Shown one piece after another: positions 10,052-20,737 of a DNA stretch of 64,000 nt; within the stretch, counting starts at the first letter, position 1, and each line of letters begins with the position of its first letter. A program made the position numbers and the translations under genes. This DNA comes from an uncultured Clostridia bacterium (lineage in GTDB: Bacteria; Bacillota; Clostridia; Oscillospirales; CAG-272), in NCBI GenBank assembly GCA_944391815.1, contig CALXUV010000028.1, positions 44,240-108,239 on the forward strand. The letters are read 5' to 3'. The notes beneath the pieces were generated by a model. The model saw only the letters and a program-made list of their open reading frames with translations. It made no database searches and was not told where the DNA came from.

Positions 10052-12139
10052 ATGTTCAGATTTCCTTACAGTACCCTGAAAAGTATCAGCGATACCGAAA
10101 TCAGCTATGAATCGCTTCTTGAATGGCTCAGATATCAGGGATTTGAGATAGCATCAATCGAAAAAACCGATGACGGCGATACTCTCATAGAAATTGAGGT
10201 AAAAGCAAACCGTCCGGATATGCTTTCGGTGGAGGGTGTACTCCGTGAAGTTTATATATCACAGAAAATTCCGGCACCCAAAACTCTTGACGCCGATCTG
10301 AAACTCAGTTTCTCACCGGACAATAATCTTTCACACAAAATCCGCATTCTTTCAAAAGATGTGCACAGATACTGCGGAATAGAGATAACCGGAATCGACA
10401 ATACGGTAAAGACTCCTGACTATATTACCGATGTGCTGACTAAACTCGGCATACCGAGTATAAGTCCGGTGGTTGATATCAGTAACTACGTCCTTGTGCT
10501 TACAGGTCAGCCAAGCCACATATTTGATACCGATAAGCTGAGCGGCGATATCAGAGTAGAAAATATTGCAGAAGAGCAGACAATTTCAACTCTTAACGGA
10601 ACCGATGTGAAATTTCCGGCGGGAGCGCTGATAATTTCTGATGATGAAAAGCCGGTATGTGCCGCGGGAATGATAGGCTCACCAAACGCCGAGATCACTC
10701 CGGAGACAAAGAACGTTATAATCGAGTGCGCAAATTTCGACCACATAATCATACGCACCACTTCAAAGAAGACTCACGTGTCCACAATGGCGTCGTACAG
10801 ATATGAGAGGGGAGTCGATACCGAACTTTGCTACCGCGGTGCGAGAATTCTGGCAAAAATGATAGCCGATATTTGCGGAGGTAAGGTAAATACCAAAGCA
10901 TACTGCTACCGTGATACGGAATATAAGCCCCAGGTACTGACTCTGACAACCGAAAGAACAAATGCCCTGCTCGGAACAGAACTTTATCCCGATGAAATAG
11001 CTGACATGCTCAAACGCTGCTATTTCGATGTCAAGGTTATAGACGGAACGGCAATGGAAGTCAAAGTACCGTCATTCCGTCTGGATATAGAAATAGACGC
11101 CGATCTTATCGAGGAAGTGGGAAGAATTTACGGTTACCATAACATAAAGCCGCAACCCATAAAGCTTTATGCGCCTTATATCGAAAACAAAATCAACAAA
11201 AACGCCAACCTTCTGAGAAATGCAATGGTGGGATACGGTTTTGTTGAAGTGTTGACTTACGGCTTCATCCCGGCTGACGCAATGAAAACGCTTGCTGTTC
11301 CGGAGACATCGCCTTACTACGGCGATGTGCAGATACTCAATCCCCTTGCTTCGTGGTATCAGCTTATGCGTCCGAATATGGCATATAACCTTATACAAAC
11401 GGCAATCAACAATATGTCTGCGACTCGCAGTAATATAAAGATATTTGAGCTCGGAAAGACGTTCGGTAAGAAAGATGCCTCTGCAACGGGATATGAAAAT
11501 TATTTTGAAAAGAACATGTTTGCGTTGCTTCTTACCGGAACAAAAATACCGAAGGGCTTCGGAGTTTCAAAGGAAATCAAGTACAGCATTTACGATGCAG
11601 TCGCACTGGTAAAGAATCTCCTTTCGGAATATACAACCGATCTTCGTATCAGCAATAATGACGGTTTCGGAATATTTGAGCCCGGAGCGGGAGCAGAAAT
11701 CACCGCAGGTGGAAAGCATATAGGAATTGTGGGTAAAATTTCGCCCGAGGTATTATCCGGATTTGAAAACGGAAAACTCGCAAAGGACGATGTTTTCTAT
11801 GCGGAATTCTGCTACGAAAATCTCGGAGAGGTAAAGAAATCAATTTCATACCAGTCAAGTTTCCCGTCAGTGGTTCGTGAGTACAACTTTGTTGTAAAGA
11901 ACGGAATACATTTCCAGGATTACAAGGATTTGATAACTTCTGCATCACCGTTTGTGATTTCGGTAAACCCCGTAGATGTTTATTTCGGTACAGGCGTCGA
12001 AAAAGGCTTTTCATCCGTACTGATAAGCGTGGAATACAACGCAGTTACAAGAACGCTTGCGGCAGAGGAAATAGAGGCAGCCGAACATATATTCAAAATG
12101 AAACTCAGTGAAAAGTTCGGCATTGTTCTGAAATCATGA
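10052..12139 (+). CDS. pheT: phenylalanyl-tRNA synthetase beta subunit
   Basis: Immediately downstream of pheS with GGAGG RBS; B3/4 and B5 region similarity, 695 aa. Confidence 0.9.
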   Translation: MFRFPYSTLKSISDTEISYESLLEWLRYQGFEIASIEKTDDGDTLIEIEVKANRPDMLSVEGVLREVYISQKIPAPKTLDADLKLSFSPDNNLSHKIRILSKDVHRYCGIEITGIDNTVKTPDYITDVLTKLGIPSISPVVDISNYVLVLTGQPSHIFDTDKLSGDIRVENIAEEQTISTLNGTDVKFPAGALIISDDEKPVCAAGMIGSPNAEITPETKNVIIECANFDHIIIRTTSKKTHVSTMASYRYERGVDTELCYRGARILAKMIADICGGKVNTKAYCYRDTEYKPQVLTLTTERTNALLGTELYPDEIADMLKRCYFDVKVIDGTAMEVKVPSFRLDIEIDADLIEEVGRIYGYHNIKPQPIKLYAPYIENKINKNANLLRNAMVGYGFVEVLTYGFIPADAMKTLAVPETSPYYGDVQILNPLASWYQLMRPNMAYNLIQTAINNMSATRSNIKIFELGKTFGKKDASATGYENYFEKNMFALLLTGTKIPKGFGVSKEIKYSIYDAVALVKNLLSEYTTDLRISNNDGFGIFEPGAGAEITAGGKHIGIVGKISPEVLSGFENGKLAKDDVFYAEFCYENLGEVKKSISYQSSFPSVVREYNFVVKNGIHFQDYKDLITSASPFVISVNPVDVYFGTGVEKGFSSVLISVEYNAVTRTLAAEEIEAAEHIFKMKLSEKFGIVLKS

Positions 12140-12251
12140 CATTCAGATTTCAGTCAATATTAAAAATGTGTAAATCTTTTTGATTTCAGTGGAAATTTTT
12201 TCTTGTATGTGTTATAATAATTCTGTTAAAAAACATGGAGGAATTTTAAAT

Positions 12252-14882
12252 ATGAAAAAGTACGTATATCTTTTTTCGGAAGGTAACGCCTCAATGCGTG
12301 AACTTCTCGGAGGAAAAGGCGCTAACCTTGCAGAAATGACCAACCTCGGACTGCCGGTACCGCAGGGCTTCACCATAACTACCGAAGCCTGCACGCAGTA
12401 TTATGAAGACGGCAGGCAGATAAACAGCGAGATTCAGGCTCAGATAATGGAGTATATTGACAAGATGGAACAGATCACCGGAAAGAAATTCGGAGATCTT
12501 GAAAATCCGCTCCTCGTTTCTGTTCGTTCAGGAGCCCGTGCTTCAATGCCCGGAATGATGGATACCATACTTAACCTCGGTCTCAATGAGCAGGTTGCAC
12601 AGGTTATGGCTGAAAAGTCCGGAAACCCCCGCTGGGCTTGGGACTGTTACAGAAGATTTATCCAGATGTACTCCGATGTTGTTATGGAAGTCGGTAAAAA
12701 GTATTTTGAACAGCTCATAGACAAGATGAAAGAGGAAAAAGGCGTAACCCAGGACGTAGAGCTCACTGCTGATGACCTCAAAGAGCTTGCCAATCAGTTC
12801 AAAGCTGAATACAAGGCAAAGATAGGTGCTGATTTTCCCACAGATCCTAAGGAACAGCTTTTCGGAGCAATCAAAGCGGTATTCCGCAGCTGGGATAACC
12901 CCCGTGCAAACATTTACCGTCGTGATAACGATATACCGTACTCCTGGGGAACCGCTGTCAACGTACAGATGATGGCATTCGGAAATATGGGCGAAACATC
13001 CGGAACCGGAGTTGCTTTCACCCGTGATCCCGCAACCGGCGAAAAGAAGCTCATGGGAGAATTCCTTATGAACGCTCAGGGTGAAGACGTTGTTGCCGGA
13101 GTACGTACTCCTCAGAAAATAGATGAGATGGCAAAAGTTATGCCTGAGGTGTTTGAGCAGTTCAAAAAGATCTGCACAACCCTTGAAAACCATTACCACG
13201 ATATGCAGGATATGGAGTTCACGATAGAAGACAAGAAACTCTATATGCTCCAGACACGTAACGGTAAAAGAACAGCGAAAGCGGCTCTTAAAATAGCATG
13301 CGACCTCGTTGACGAAGGAATGATTACCGAAGAGCAGGCAGTGCTGATGATCGATCCCAGAAACCTTGATACGCTCCTTCATCCGCAGTTTGATGCAAAA
13401 GCGCTCAAAGCCGCAACTCCGCTTGCAAAAGCACTTGCAGCATCTCCCGGAGCTGCTGCCGGACAGGTTGTATTTACGGCTGAAGACGCAAAAGCATGGA
13501 AGGAAGCCGGAAAGAAAGTTGTTCTTGTAAGACTTGAAACCTCCCCCGAAGATATTGAAGGAATGAAAGCCGCACAGGGAATTCTTACTGTTCGCGGCGG
13601 CATGACTTCTCACGCAGCGGTTGTTGCGCGCGGAATGGGAACCTGCTGTGTTTCCGGATGCTCAGCCATAAACATGGATGAGGAAAACAAAGTGTTTACA
13701 CTTGCCGGAAAGACATTCCATGAAGGTGACTGCATTTCCATTGACGGTTCAACAGGTAACGTTTACGAAGGAATTATTCCGACCGTTGACGCTCAGATAG
13801 CCGGTGAATTTGAACGCATAATGTCTTTGGCAGACAAATTCCGTAAGCTCCAGGTCAGAACCAACTCTGATACCCCGAAAGATGCGCAGAAAGCACGTCA
13901 GCTCGGAGCTGAGGGAATAGGTCTCTGCCGTACAGAACACATGTTCTTTGAGGGCGACAGAATAGATGCGTTCAGAGAAATGATCTGCGCCGACACAGTT
14001 GAGGAAAGAGAAACGGCACTCAATAAGATACTTCCGATGCAGCAGGGAGACTTTGAAAAACTCTATGAAGCTCTCGAAGGCAATCCGGTAACCATAAGAT
14101 TCCTTGATCCGCCGCTTCACGAGTTCCTTCCCACGGAAGAAGCCGATATTGAAAAACTTGCAACCAGCCAGGGTAAGACTGTAGAGCAGATCAAGGCGAT
14201 AATAGCGTCTCTGCATGAAGCAAACCCGATGATGGGACATCGCGGATGCCGTCTGACGGTAACTTATCCCGAAATAGCGAAGATGCAGACCAGAGCGGTA
14301 ATCCGTGCGGCTATAAATGTACAGAAAGCTCATGCCGGATGGAAGATAGTGCCTGAAATAATGATACCGCTGGTAGGTGAAGTTAAAGAGCTGAAGTTCG
14401 TAAAAGATGTTGTTGTTGCTACTGCTGATGAGGAGATTAAGCTTGCGGGCTCAGATCTCAGTTATGAAGTCGGAACAATGATAGAAATTCCCCGTGCGGC
14501 TATAACAGCTGATAAGATTGCTGAAGAAGCCGAATTCTTCTGCTTCGGAACAAACGACCTTACCCAGATGACATACGGATTCAGCCGTGATGATGCCGGA
14601 AAATTCCTTGATTCTTATTACGATGCCAAAATATTTGAAAACGATCCGTTTGCGAAGATTGACCAGGAAGGCGTTGGTAAGCTGATGGAAATTGCGTGCA
14701 CGCTCGGAAGGAAAGTACGTCCGGAAATGCACATCGGAATCTGTGGAGAACACGGAGGAGATCCTACATCAGTTGAGTTCTGCCATAAACTCGGACTCAC
14801 TTATGTATCTTGCTCGCCGTTCAGAGTACCGATAGCACGTCTTGCCGCAGCACAGGCTAACATCAAGAATCCCAGAAAGTAA
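12252..14882 (+). CDS. ppdK: pyruvate, phosphate dikinase
   Basis: MKKYVYLFSEGNASMRELLGGKGANLAEM; phospho-His region GGMTSHAAVVARGMG; PEP-utilising C-terminus; RBS GGAGGAA. Confidence 0.95.
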   Translation: MKKYVYLFSEGNASMRELLGGKGANLAEMTNLGLPVPQGFTITTEACTQYYEDGRQINSEIQAQIMEYIDKMEQITGKKFGDLENPLLVSVRSGARASMPGMMDTILNLGLNEQVAQVMAEKSGNPRWAWDCYRRFIQMYSDVVMEVGKKYFEQLIDKMKEEKGVTQDVELTADDLKELANQFKAEYKAKIGADFPTDPKEQLFGAIKAVFRSWDNPRANIYRRDNDIPYSWGTAVNVQMMAFGNMGETSGTGVAFTRDPATGEKKLMGEFLMNAQGEDVVAGVRTPQKIDEMAKVMPEVFEQFKKICTTLENHYHDMQDMEFTIEDKKLYMLQTRNGKRTAKAALKIACDLVDEGMITEEQAVLMIDPRNLDTLLHPQFDAKALKAATPLAKALAASPGAAAGQVVFTAEDAKAWKEAGKKVVLVRLETSPEDIEGMKAAQGILTVRGGMTSHAAVVARGMGTCCVSGCSAINMDEENKVFTLAGKTFHEGDCISIDGSTGNVYEGIIPTVDAQIAGEFERIMSLADKFRKLQVRTNSDTPKDAQKARQLGAEGIGLCRTEHMFFEGDRIDAFREMICADTVEERETALNKILPMQQGDFEKLYEALEGNPVTIRFLDPPLHEFLPTEEADIEKLATSQGKTVEQIKAIIASLHEANPMMGHRGCRLTVTYPEIAKMQTRAVIRAAINVQKAHAGWKIVPEIMIPLVGEVKELKFVKDVVVATADEEIKLAGSDLSYEVGTMIEIPRAAITADKIAEEAEFFCFGTNDLTQMTYGFSRDDAGKFLDSYYDAKIFENDPFAKIDQEGVGKLMEIACTLGRKVRPEMHIGICGEHGGDPTSVEFCHKLGLTYVSCSPFRVPIARLAAAQANIKNPRK

Positions 14883-14970
14883 TTAAAAGTATAAACTTAC
14901 AATTAGATAAATAAGGCTTAAAGCTAATCGTAAAAGGCATTGCACAGTAAAGATGCGCATAAAACGCTGT

Positions 14971-14999
14971 TTCACAAATTAACGGTTTTTAGGTATAAT
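14971..14999 (+). promoter_or_regulatory. sigma-70-like promoter (TTCACA-17-TATAAT) 90 nt after ppdK
   Basis: ttcacaaattaacggtttttaggtataat. Confidence 0.35.
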
Positions 15000-15025
15000 T
15001 TTCAGTGAAAATCCTTTTTGAAAGT

Positions 15026-15066
15026 AAACAAGGGAGAAACGTTTGAGTTTCTCCCTTGTTTTTATT
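15026..15066 (+). terminator. strong rho-independent terminator (15-bp perfect stem + T run)
   Basis: aaacaagggagaaac gtttga gtttctcccttgttt TTTATT. Confidence 0.7.
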
Positions 15067-15243
15067 AACTATTTATTTTTCTGAACCGGAAAATTGATTT
15101 AAAATCCGATAAAAAACAGAGTAACAAAGAAAACACGCGTCGGGGGAATAAACGTATAGCGAACAAAATGACAAGGAAAAAGCGTGCATAAAAATTTGCC
15201 GGGACGCATAATATTGAAAAAAAGATAGTGAGGAAAATACGCA

Positions 15244-15732
15244 ATGTTCGTTTATTCTGTTAAAGCAAGTACGCTGAAATTTTTGGCATCGGCTCTGGCG
15301 GCAGTAGCGATATTTGTATGCCTTGCGGTTTTTATTCCGACACAGGGTACGGTAGCGGTATTTGCCGATGACGGTAAAATAGTATACACCGAGGCAAAAA
15401 CAAATGAAGGAAGAGTCAATTTTTTGAATCAGTTCGGTTGGCAGGTAGACAGCACTCCTGTTCAGGAAGCAAAAGTAACGGTTCCGAGTGAGTTTGATAC
15501 AGTGTTTGCAGGTTACAACGAACTTCAGAAGATGCAGGGGCTTGATCTGTCAAAATACAAGCGTAAAGAAGTCACAAGATACACATATAAGGTAACCAAT
15601 TATCCTGACTATTCCGGAACGGTTTACGCCAATCTGATAATTTACCGCGGTAGAGTAATCGGCGGAGATATCTGCACTGAGAGCAGTGACGGATTCATTC
15701 ACGGCTTTTCAAAAAATGTCCGTCTCGGATAA
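15244..15732 (+). CDS. DUF4830-like secreted/membrane-anchored protein (typical spoVB neighbour)
   Basis: N-terminal hydrophobic anchor; 4-nt-class spacing to spoVB-like gene. Confidence 0.55.
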   Translation: MFVYSVKASTLKFLASALAAVAIFVCLAVFIPTQGTVAVFADDGKIVYTEAKTNEGRVNFLNQFGWQVDSTPVQEAKVTVPSEFDTVFAGYNELQKMQGLDLSKYKRKEVTRYTYKVTNYPDYSGTVYANLIIYRGRVIGGDICTESSDGFIHGFSKNVRLG

Positions 15733-15751
15733 ATGAAAGGAACGGTCGGAT

Positions 15752-17269
15752 TTGCGTACTGTTAGAGATTTCATCAAAGACGGACTTATGCTGACGGTTA
15801 CAGCCCTGATTCTCAGAACTGCCGGAGTGTATTTTTCCGCAAGACTTTCAATAATTGCCGGCGAAGCGGTAATGGGGCTGTATACACAGATAATGAGCGT
15901 TTACGCATTTGCAGTAACCGCTTCTTCTGCCGGAATCAATCTTGCGGCAACCAGAATAATTTCCGAGTGCTACGGCAGTAAAAGCTATGAAAAACTGGAC
16001 TGTGCACTCCGTTCCTGTATAAAATACTGTCTTAAAGCAGGACTTATCGTAGCAGCTTTAATGTTCCTTACCGCACCGTTTACGGGAAGTGTACTGCTAA
16101 GAGACGCAAGAACTGTGCCGTCGCTCAGGGCACTTGCATTTGCGTTACCTTTTATATCGGTATCCAATGCATTTCACGGTTATTTCAGCGGAACACGCAG
16201 AATACCGCCGAGTGCCGCAACTTCACTTTTTGAACAATTCATAAGAATATCAAGCACAATACTTGCTCTTACCATCTTTAAAACGTCGGATGTCCAGACT
16301 CTTTGTCTTGTACTGGTAGTCTGCAATGCTTCCTCGGAAGCTCTTTCATGCTTTACGCTGTCCGCATTCTATCTGCACTATCGTAAAAAATTCCCATGCG
16401 GGAAATATGATATATCAAAAATAAGAAAACGGTTTCTCGGTATAACTGTACCGATAGCTGTAAGCGCCCTTATACGTTCGGCGTTGACTACATCCGAACA
16501 TATTCTGATACCAATCGGACTCAAAGCCTACGGACTTAACTCTGAAAAAGCTCTGGCTGAATACGGGATAGTTTCAGGAATGGTACTTCCGATACTTTTG
16601 TATCCGATGGCGTTGCTTACATCGTTTGCTTCAATAACCATTGCAGAGCTTTCGGCAAGGGTATCGGCAGGCGACAGCAAATCAAATATAAGGCTGACTG
16701 TTGAAAAAGGTATAACATTTGCTATCATATACGGCATTGGCGCGGCTGCAGTAATCGGTTGTTTTTCAGACAGTCTCGCTTTGGCGATATACAAAAACAG
16801 GGAGGCGGGTGAGTTTATCCGCTTACTTGCTCCGCTCATTTTTTTCATGTATCTCGACCATATATCAGACGGAATGCTCAAAGGGCTTGATAAGCAGAAT
16901 TACGTCATGAAAGTAAATATCATAGATGCGGCATTAAGTGTACTGTTCGCGGCAGTGCTTATTCCGAGATACGGAATATACGGATTTGTGGCGTCGCTGT
17001 ATATATGCGAATTTTTCAACTGCATATGCAGTTTCGGAAGAATATTTTTACTTGTGCGTCCAAGACTAAGTATACTGCTTACTTTTTTTATACCGGTTGC
17101 CTCAGCACTCATAGCGGTACATTTTTCAAGTTACGTATCAAATCTCAGTATTTATTCGACAGTATCGCTGATACTTTTAGCCACGGCGGTATATATTCTG
17201 CTTCTTAAAATTACCGGAGTGCTTAATATATTCGGAAAAAATCAGGTATCAGATGCAGTCAAAGCATAG
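15752..17269 (+). CDS. spoVB: MOP-superfamily polysaccharide/lipid II flippase, SpoVB-like (TTG start per ORF track; start uncertain)
   Basis: 14-TM profile, 505 aa, conserved flippase layout. Confidence 0.7.
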   Translation: MRTVRDFIKDGLMLTVTALILRTAGVYFSARLSIIAGEAVMGLYTQIMSVYAFAVTASSAGINLAATRIISECYGSKSYEKLDCALRSCIKYCLKAGLIVAALMFLTAPFTGSVLLRDARTVPSLRALAFALPFISVSNAFHGYFSGTRRIPPSAATSLFEQFIRISSTILALTIFKTSDVQTLCLVLVVCNASSEALSCFTLSAFYLHYRKKFPCGKYDISKIRKRFLGITVPIAVSALIRSALTTSEHILIPIGLKAYGLNSEKALAEYGIVSGMVLPILLYPMALLTSFASITIAELSARVSAGDSKSNIRLTVEKGITFAIIYGIGAAAVIGCFSDSLALAIYKNREAGEFIRLLAPLIFFMYLDHISDGMLKGLDKQNYVMKVNIIDAALSVLFAAVLIPRYGIYGFVASLYICEFFNCICSFGRIFLLVRPRLSILLTFFIPVASALIAVHFSSYVSNLSIYSTVSLILLATAVYILLLKITGVLNIFGKNQVSDAVKA

Positions 17270-18273
17270 GCAGAATATATCATAAGAGAATCGGCAAATG
17301 AGTTGTTGCCGGCACAAACCAACGAAAGATATTCTTTACCGTCCCTGAAGAATATGACTGCTGCCCAATTATCGGTACGCCCGCCTGCAACCTTGCCGCC
17401 GATTATTCCGTCACTTTTCGCCTGACTTTCCGTGCAGTAGTTTTCAAAAAAGTTGTTTTTGACAACAAGAGAAATGCTTTCGTTCTGACCGTAACCTATA
17501 ATCAGCATTTCGTTTGAACAAAAAATGTTTTTCAGCAGTGGGTCCTTCATTACGTATTTTATGATAACTGCAATATCGTAAGCCGAGGTATACGAAGATG
17601 ATCTACCGTCTCCGGTACAGTCACTGAAATACGTGGAGGTTAAACCCAGCTCTTTACATTTGTTATTCATTTCTGCGACAAATGCCTGTTCACTGCCGCT
17701 TATATGCACTGCAAGGGTATAAGCAAATGAGGCACCGTCCTGGTAAAAAAGACATTTCAGGATTTCGCTTATTTTCATTCTTTTTCCTATCGGCATTATT
17801 TCGGATGAATCGGAGTATCCGGGTTTTGCGGCGGCTGAAGCAGGGCAAACAGCGTCATCGCTCAGAAGAATTTTTTCTTTGCTGACAGCATCTGACACTG
17901 TAAGGGCTACCATAAATATAGTGGCTTGTCCGGCAGGAATTTTTCCGGAAAGATTTTTCTGAGCCATAATTTTACTGTCAGTCAGATTGCAAAGTACTGC
18001 GCTTTTGCCGTTTACGAGACTCAGAACTTCGGCGGCTTCCGAAAAATCAAATTCACTGCTTTGAGTATCTTGAGTATTACTGCCGTCGTTGGTTTCTGTT
18101 GTAGGACTGTTATTTTCCGTGTTGTTTTCGTCGCTGTTGCCGCCGGTTTGTTCATCATCGAATGCTGCGTAAACTCTGATGAAGCTGAACGTGATAACTA
18201 CTGCGAGAAGTCCTGCAATAACACGTGCGGTGACCGACGGAGATTTACCGTAAATTATCTTTTTTAAATTCAT
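17242..18273 (-). CDS. secreted D-Ala-D-Ala carboxypeptidase (S11/PBP5)-like protein, apparently lacking the catalytic SxxK
   Basis: Signal anchor then low-complexity linker then PBP5-like domain; expected S-x-x-K position reads QATIF. Confidence 0.5.
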   Translation of the reverse strand: MNLKKIIYGKSPSVTARVIAGLLAVVITFSFIRVYAAFDDEQTGGNSDENNTENNSPTTETNDGSNTQDTQSSEFDFSEAAEVLSLVNGKSAVLCNLTDSKIMAQKNLSGKIPAGQATIFMVALTVSDAVSKEKILLSDDAVCPASAAAKPGYSDSSEIMPIGKRMKISEILKCLFYQDGASFAYTLAVHISGSEQAFVAEMNNKCKELGLTSTYFSDCTGDGRSSSYTSAYDIAVIIKYVMKDPLLKNIFCSNEMLIIGYGQNESISLVVKNNFFENYCTESQAKSDGIIGGKVAGGRTDNWAAVIFFRDGKEYLSLVCAGNNSFADSLMIYSAYALTASDT

Positions 18274-18434
18274 GTGCTAACCTTTCTTTCGATATAGTTT
18301 TCTGTATTTTTATCGGTTTTTTTGTCAAAATTCCCGAAAATTACCGAACGCCCCGGTTGCCCGGAGCGTTCATTTAATGATATGTGATATTGATTTGTTA
18401 TTCGGATAAACTTTTTTCAGCTTAAATTCCGCAA

Positions 18435-19460
18435 TCAACCTTCACCGTCAGAAGACTTTTTTATAACAGGTCTTACAGAAGAAAGAGGATTTTCATTCAT
18501 TGCGTTTTTCATACTTTCATTGCTTACATGAGTATATATCTGAGTTGTGTTCAGCTGTTCGTGACCGAGTATGTCTTTAAGTACTCTGACATCCACCTTT
18601 CCTGACCTGTACATAAGAGTAGCGGCAGTGTGTCTGAGTTTGTGGGTTGAGTAATGCTTGTTTCCCAGCCCTGATTTTTCCAGATATTTTTTTACCAGCC
18701 ACTGTACGGTTTTTTTGCTTATCCTGTTATGCTGGCGAGTGCTGATAAAAAGAGCATTTTTATCCTTTATCTGATCATCTGCATTCCTGACCGGAAGGTA
18801 AGCGAGCAGAGCCTCTTTACAGGCGGCGTTTAGATAGACCATTCTTTCCTTTGAGCCTTTTCCGAGGACACGGACGCTCTCAAATTCCCTGTCAAAATCT
18901 GAAAGATTAAGTCCGACAAGCTCGGAAAGACGCATACCGCAGTTTAAAAACAAAGTCAGTATAGCGGTGTCTCTTTCTCTTGAAGCTGATGAAAAATCTT
19001 CACTTACAGTTTTAAGCAGCAGCAGCGATTCTTCAAGTGAGAGAAATTTAGGAAGCGGATTTCTTCCCGAAGGAGCGTCAATATCCTTGGCGGGGTTGTC
19101 CTTAAGCTGGCGGGTAGTTACGGTAAGATATTTGAAGAAAGATTTTATTGAAGTAAGTTTTCTTGCTCTTGCGCCGGCTTTGTTGCCCCTTTTGTCGGCA
19201 ACGTAAGAAAGAAAGGAATAGATATGTTCCGGTCTTACGCCTGACAGAAACGTTGCATCTATTTTTGAAATATCTACGTTTATGTAGTCCTCAGGTTCAG
19301 TGGAAAGCCCGTCGGCTTTTGCCTTTATATAGCAAAGAAAAAGGATTATATCGTTCTGATATTGTTCAACGGTTCTGGACGCCCGGTTTTTTATAACCCG
19401 CATATACTGCGAATATTCCATCAAGACATCAGGAGGGGCGCACCTGAGGTTTTTATACAT
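18435..19460 (-). CDS. tyrosine site-specific recombinase, XerD/XerC family
   Basis: C-terminal catalytic RHxxR...LGHEQLNTTQIYTHV motif block. Confidence 0.85.
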   Translation of the reverse strand: MYKNLRCAPPDVLMEYSQYMRVIKNRASRTVEQYQNDIILFLCYIKAKADGLSTEPEDYINVDISKIDATFLSGVRPEHIYSFLSYVADKRGNKAGARARKLTSIKSFFKYLTVTTRQLKDNPAKDIDAPSGRNPLPKFLSLEESLLLLKTVSEDFSSASRERDTAILTLFLNCGMRLSELVGLNLSDFDREFESVRVLGKGSKERMVYLNAACKEALLAYLPVRNADDQIKDKNALFISTRQHNRISKKTVQWLVKKYLEKSGLGNKHYSTHKLRHTAATLMYRSGKVDVRVLKDILGHEQLNTTQIYTHVSNESMKNAMNENPLSSVRPVIKKSSDGEG

Positions 19461-20397
19461 TCACATCCTTCTTTCCGTAATCTGCATACAATTCAAGAGA
19501 ACATTTGTCAATGTATTCGGCAACTCTCTTTTTGGCGTCAGCTTCGGTTTCACCTTCCGATTTTCTGATTTCAAGGTAACTGAATTTTCCGTTTTCGTCA
19601 GGTGTTAAAAAGGTTCTGCCTTTTTCATCAACTTTTCCGATACCGTTTCCGATAACATTAAAGAAGTCTTTGACGCCCTCGATCGCATACACCAGAGTCG
19701 CCGGATCCCATGAATGTCTGCCTTTATTTCCGCAAAATACCGAAAAAACAGTTGACAGACAGTTTTCATTTCCGTATTTTTCAGTAATCGGAATGCCTGT
19801 TATCATGTCTTCACCCGCCTCGTACGGAAGCGTCACAACAGGTACAGGAGAATCTTCTATAACTTTTTTTGCTGCGGCAATATCACAGACAACATTCCAT
19901 TCCGCATGTCTGTGTCCTTCGCTGTTTTCCTTGAAAGCGCCTGCCATAAGAACAATTTTTTCACATTTTGTCCGGACAAGCTCCATGCCGCTCATTCCGG
20001 ATATTTCATCCGGTCCGCTTTCAAGAAGAGCCGATATATTCGTGAGAGGTCCTATTGCGCAAATAACGCATTTTTCGGTTTCGGTAAGTGCCTTACGCAG
20101 AATTTTTGCAGCCGGCGGATAGATGATTTTAGGGCATTTTATTTTTAAAATTTCAGCTGTTTTTACGCAGTACATATCATCGCATGACGGTCCGCCAACC
20201 ATTGAACCGACAGGAGGTAACTCCTCACTCTGTTCATCAAACATCCTTTTGATAAGCGGAATACCGAGAGGAGTTTTTTGAGAATGAGTGATTGCGAGTA
20301 TATTTACGCCGAATTTTTTCTTTGCGAGTAAAAGATAGGCGAGAGCCATGATATCGTCGCTGTCAGAACCAACATCAGTGTCAAGGATTATATCCAT
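19453..20397 (-). CDS. inosine-uridine preferring nucleoside hydrolase
   Basis: MDIILDTDVGSDSDDIMALAYLL aspartate cluster; internal Met start with RBS (ORF track extends to 20463). Confidence 0.85.
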   Translation of the reverse strand: MDIILDTDVGSDSDDIMALAYLLLAKKKFGVNILAITHSQKTPLGIPLIKRMFDEQSEELPPVGSMVGGPSCDDMYCVKTAEILKIKCPKIIYPPAAKILRKALTETEKCVICAIGPLTNISALLESGPDEISGMSGMELVRTKCEKIVLMAGAFKENSEGHRHAEWNVVCDIAAAKKVIEDSPVPVVTLPYEAGEDMITGIPITEKYGNENCLSTVFSVFCGNKGRHSWDPATLVYAIEGVKDFFNVIGNGIGKVDEKGRTFLTPDENGKFSYLEIRKSEGETEADAKKRVAEYIDKCSLELYADYGKKDVNV

Positions 20398-20652
20398 TTT
20401 GTTTTCCTCCCGAATTTTCAAAACTAAACGTATTATAACATAAAAAAACTGTAAATGCAACAATTATTTGTCGTAAAAAATCGAAGTAATCCGTCAGAAA
20501 TTTATTTTTGCTTGAAACAGGTTGTTTACTTGTCAGTACAAATTGAAAACTTTAAGGTTGCAGCAAAATAAAACTTCTGATATCTTTAAAATAATTTGTT
20601 AAGACCTTATTTTTCTGAAAAAGAATGAAAGAAAACAATTGACGCAAAATAA

Positions 20653-20681
20653 TTGACAAAGTATTGATTCTGTGATATAAT
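20653..20681 (+). promoter_or_regulatory. sigma-70 promoter (TTGACA-17-TATAAT)
   Basis: ttgacaaagtattgattctgtgatataat. Confidence 0.45.
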
Positions 20682-20737
20682 TAAGCGGTTTGAAAAAACA
20701 GGATTGCCCGACCGGGCTTTTAGGAAAGGAATTTATT

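Noticed and set aside
12543-13613. 356-aa antisense ORF inside ppdK (and similar antisense ORFs inside thrS 2466-3176, ylmH 5914-6366, ADH 48701-49627, xerD 18967-19396)
   Set aside because: Shadow ORFs on the opposite strand of well-supported genes; no RBS; low-complexity translations.
18435-19460. XerD-family recombinase as a marker of an integrated mobile element
   Set aside because: It sits in a housekeeping context, co-oriented and overlapping with the nucleoside hydrolase. There are no flanking att-like repeats or tRNA, and it is 20 kb from the accessory block.
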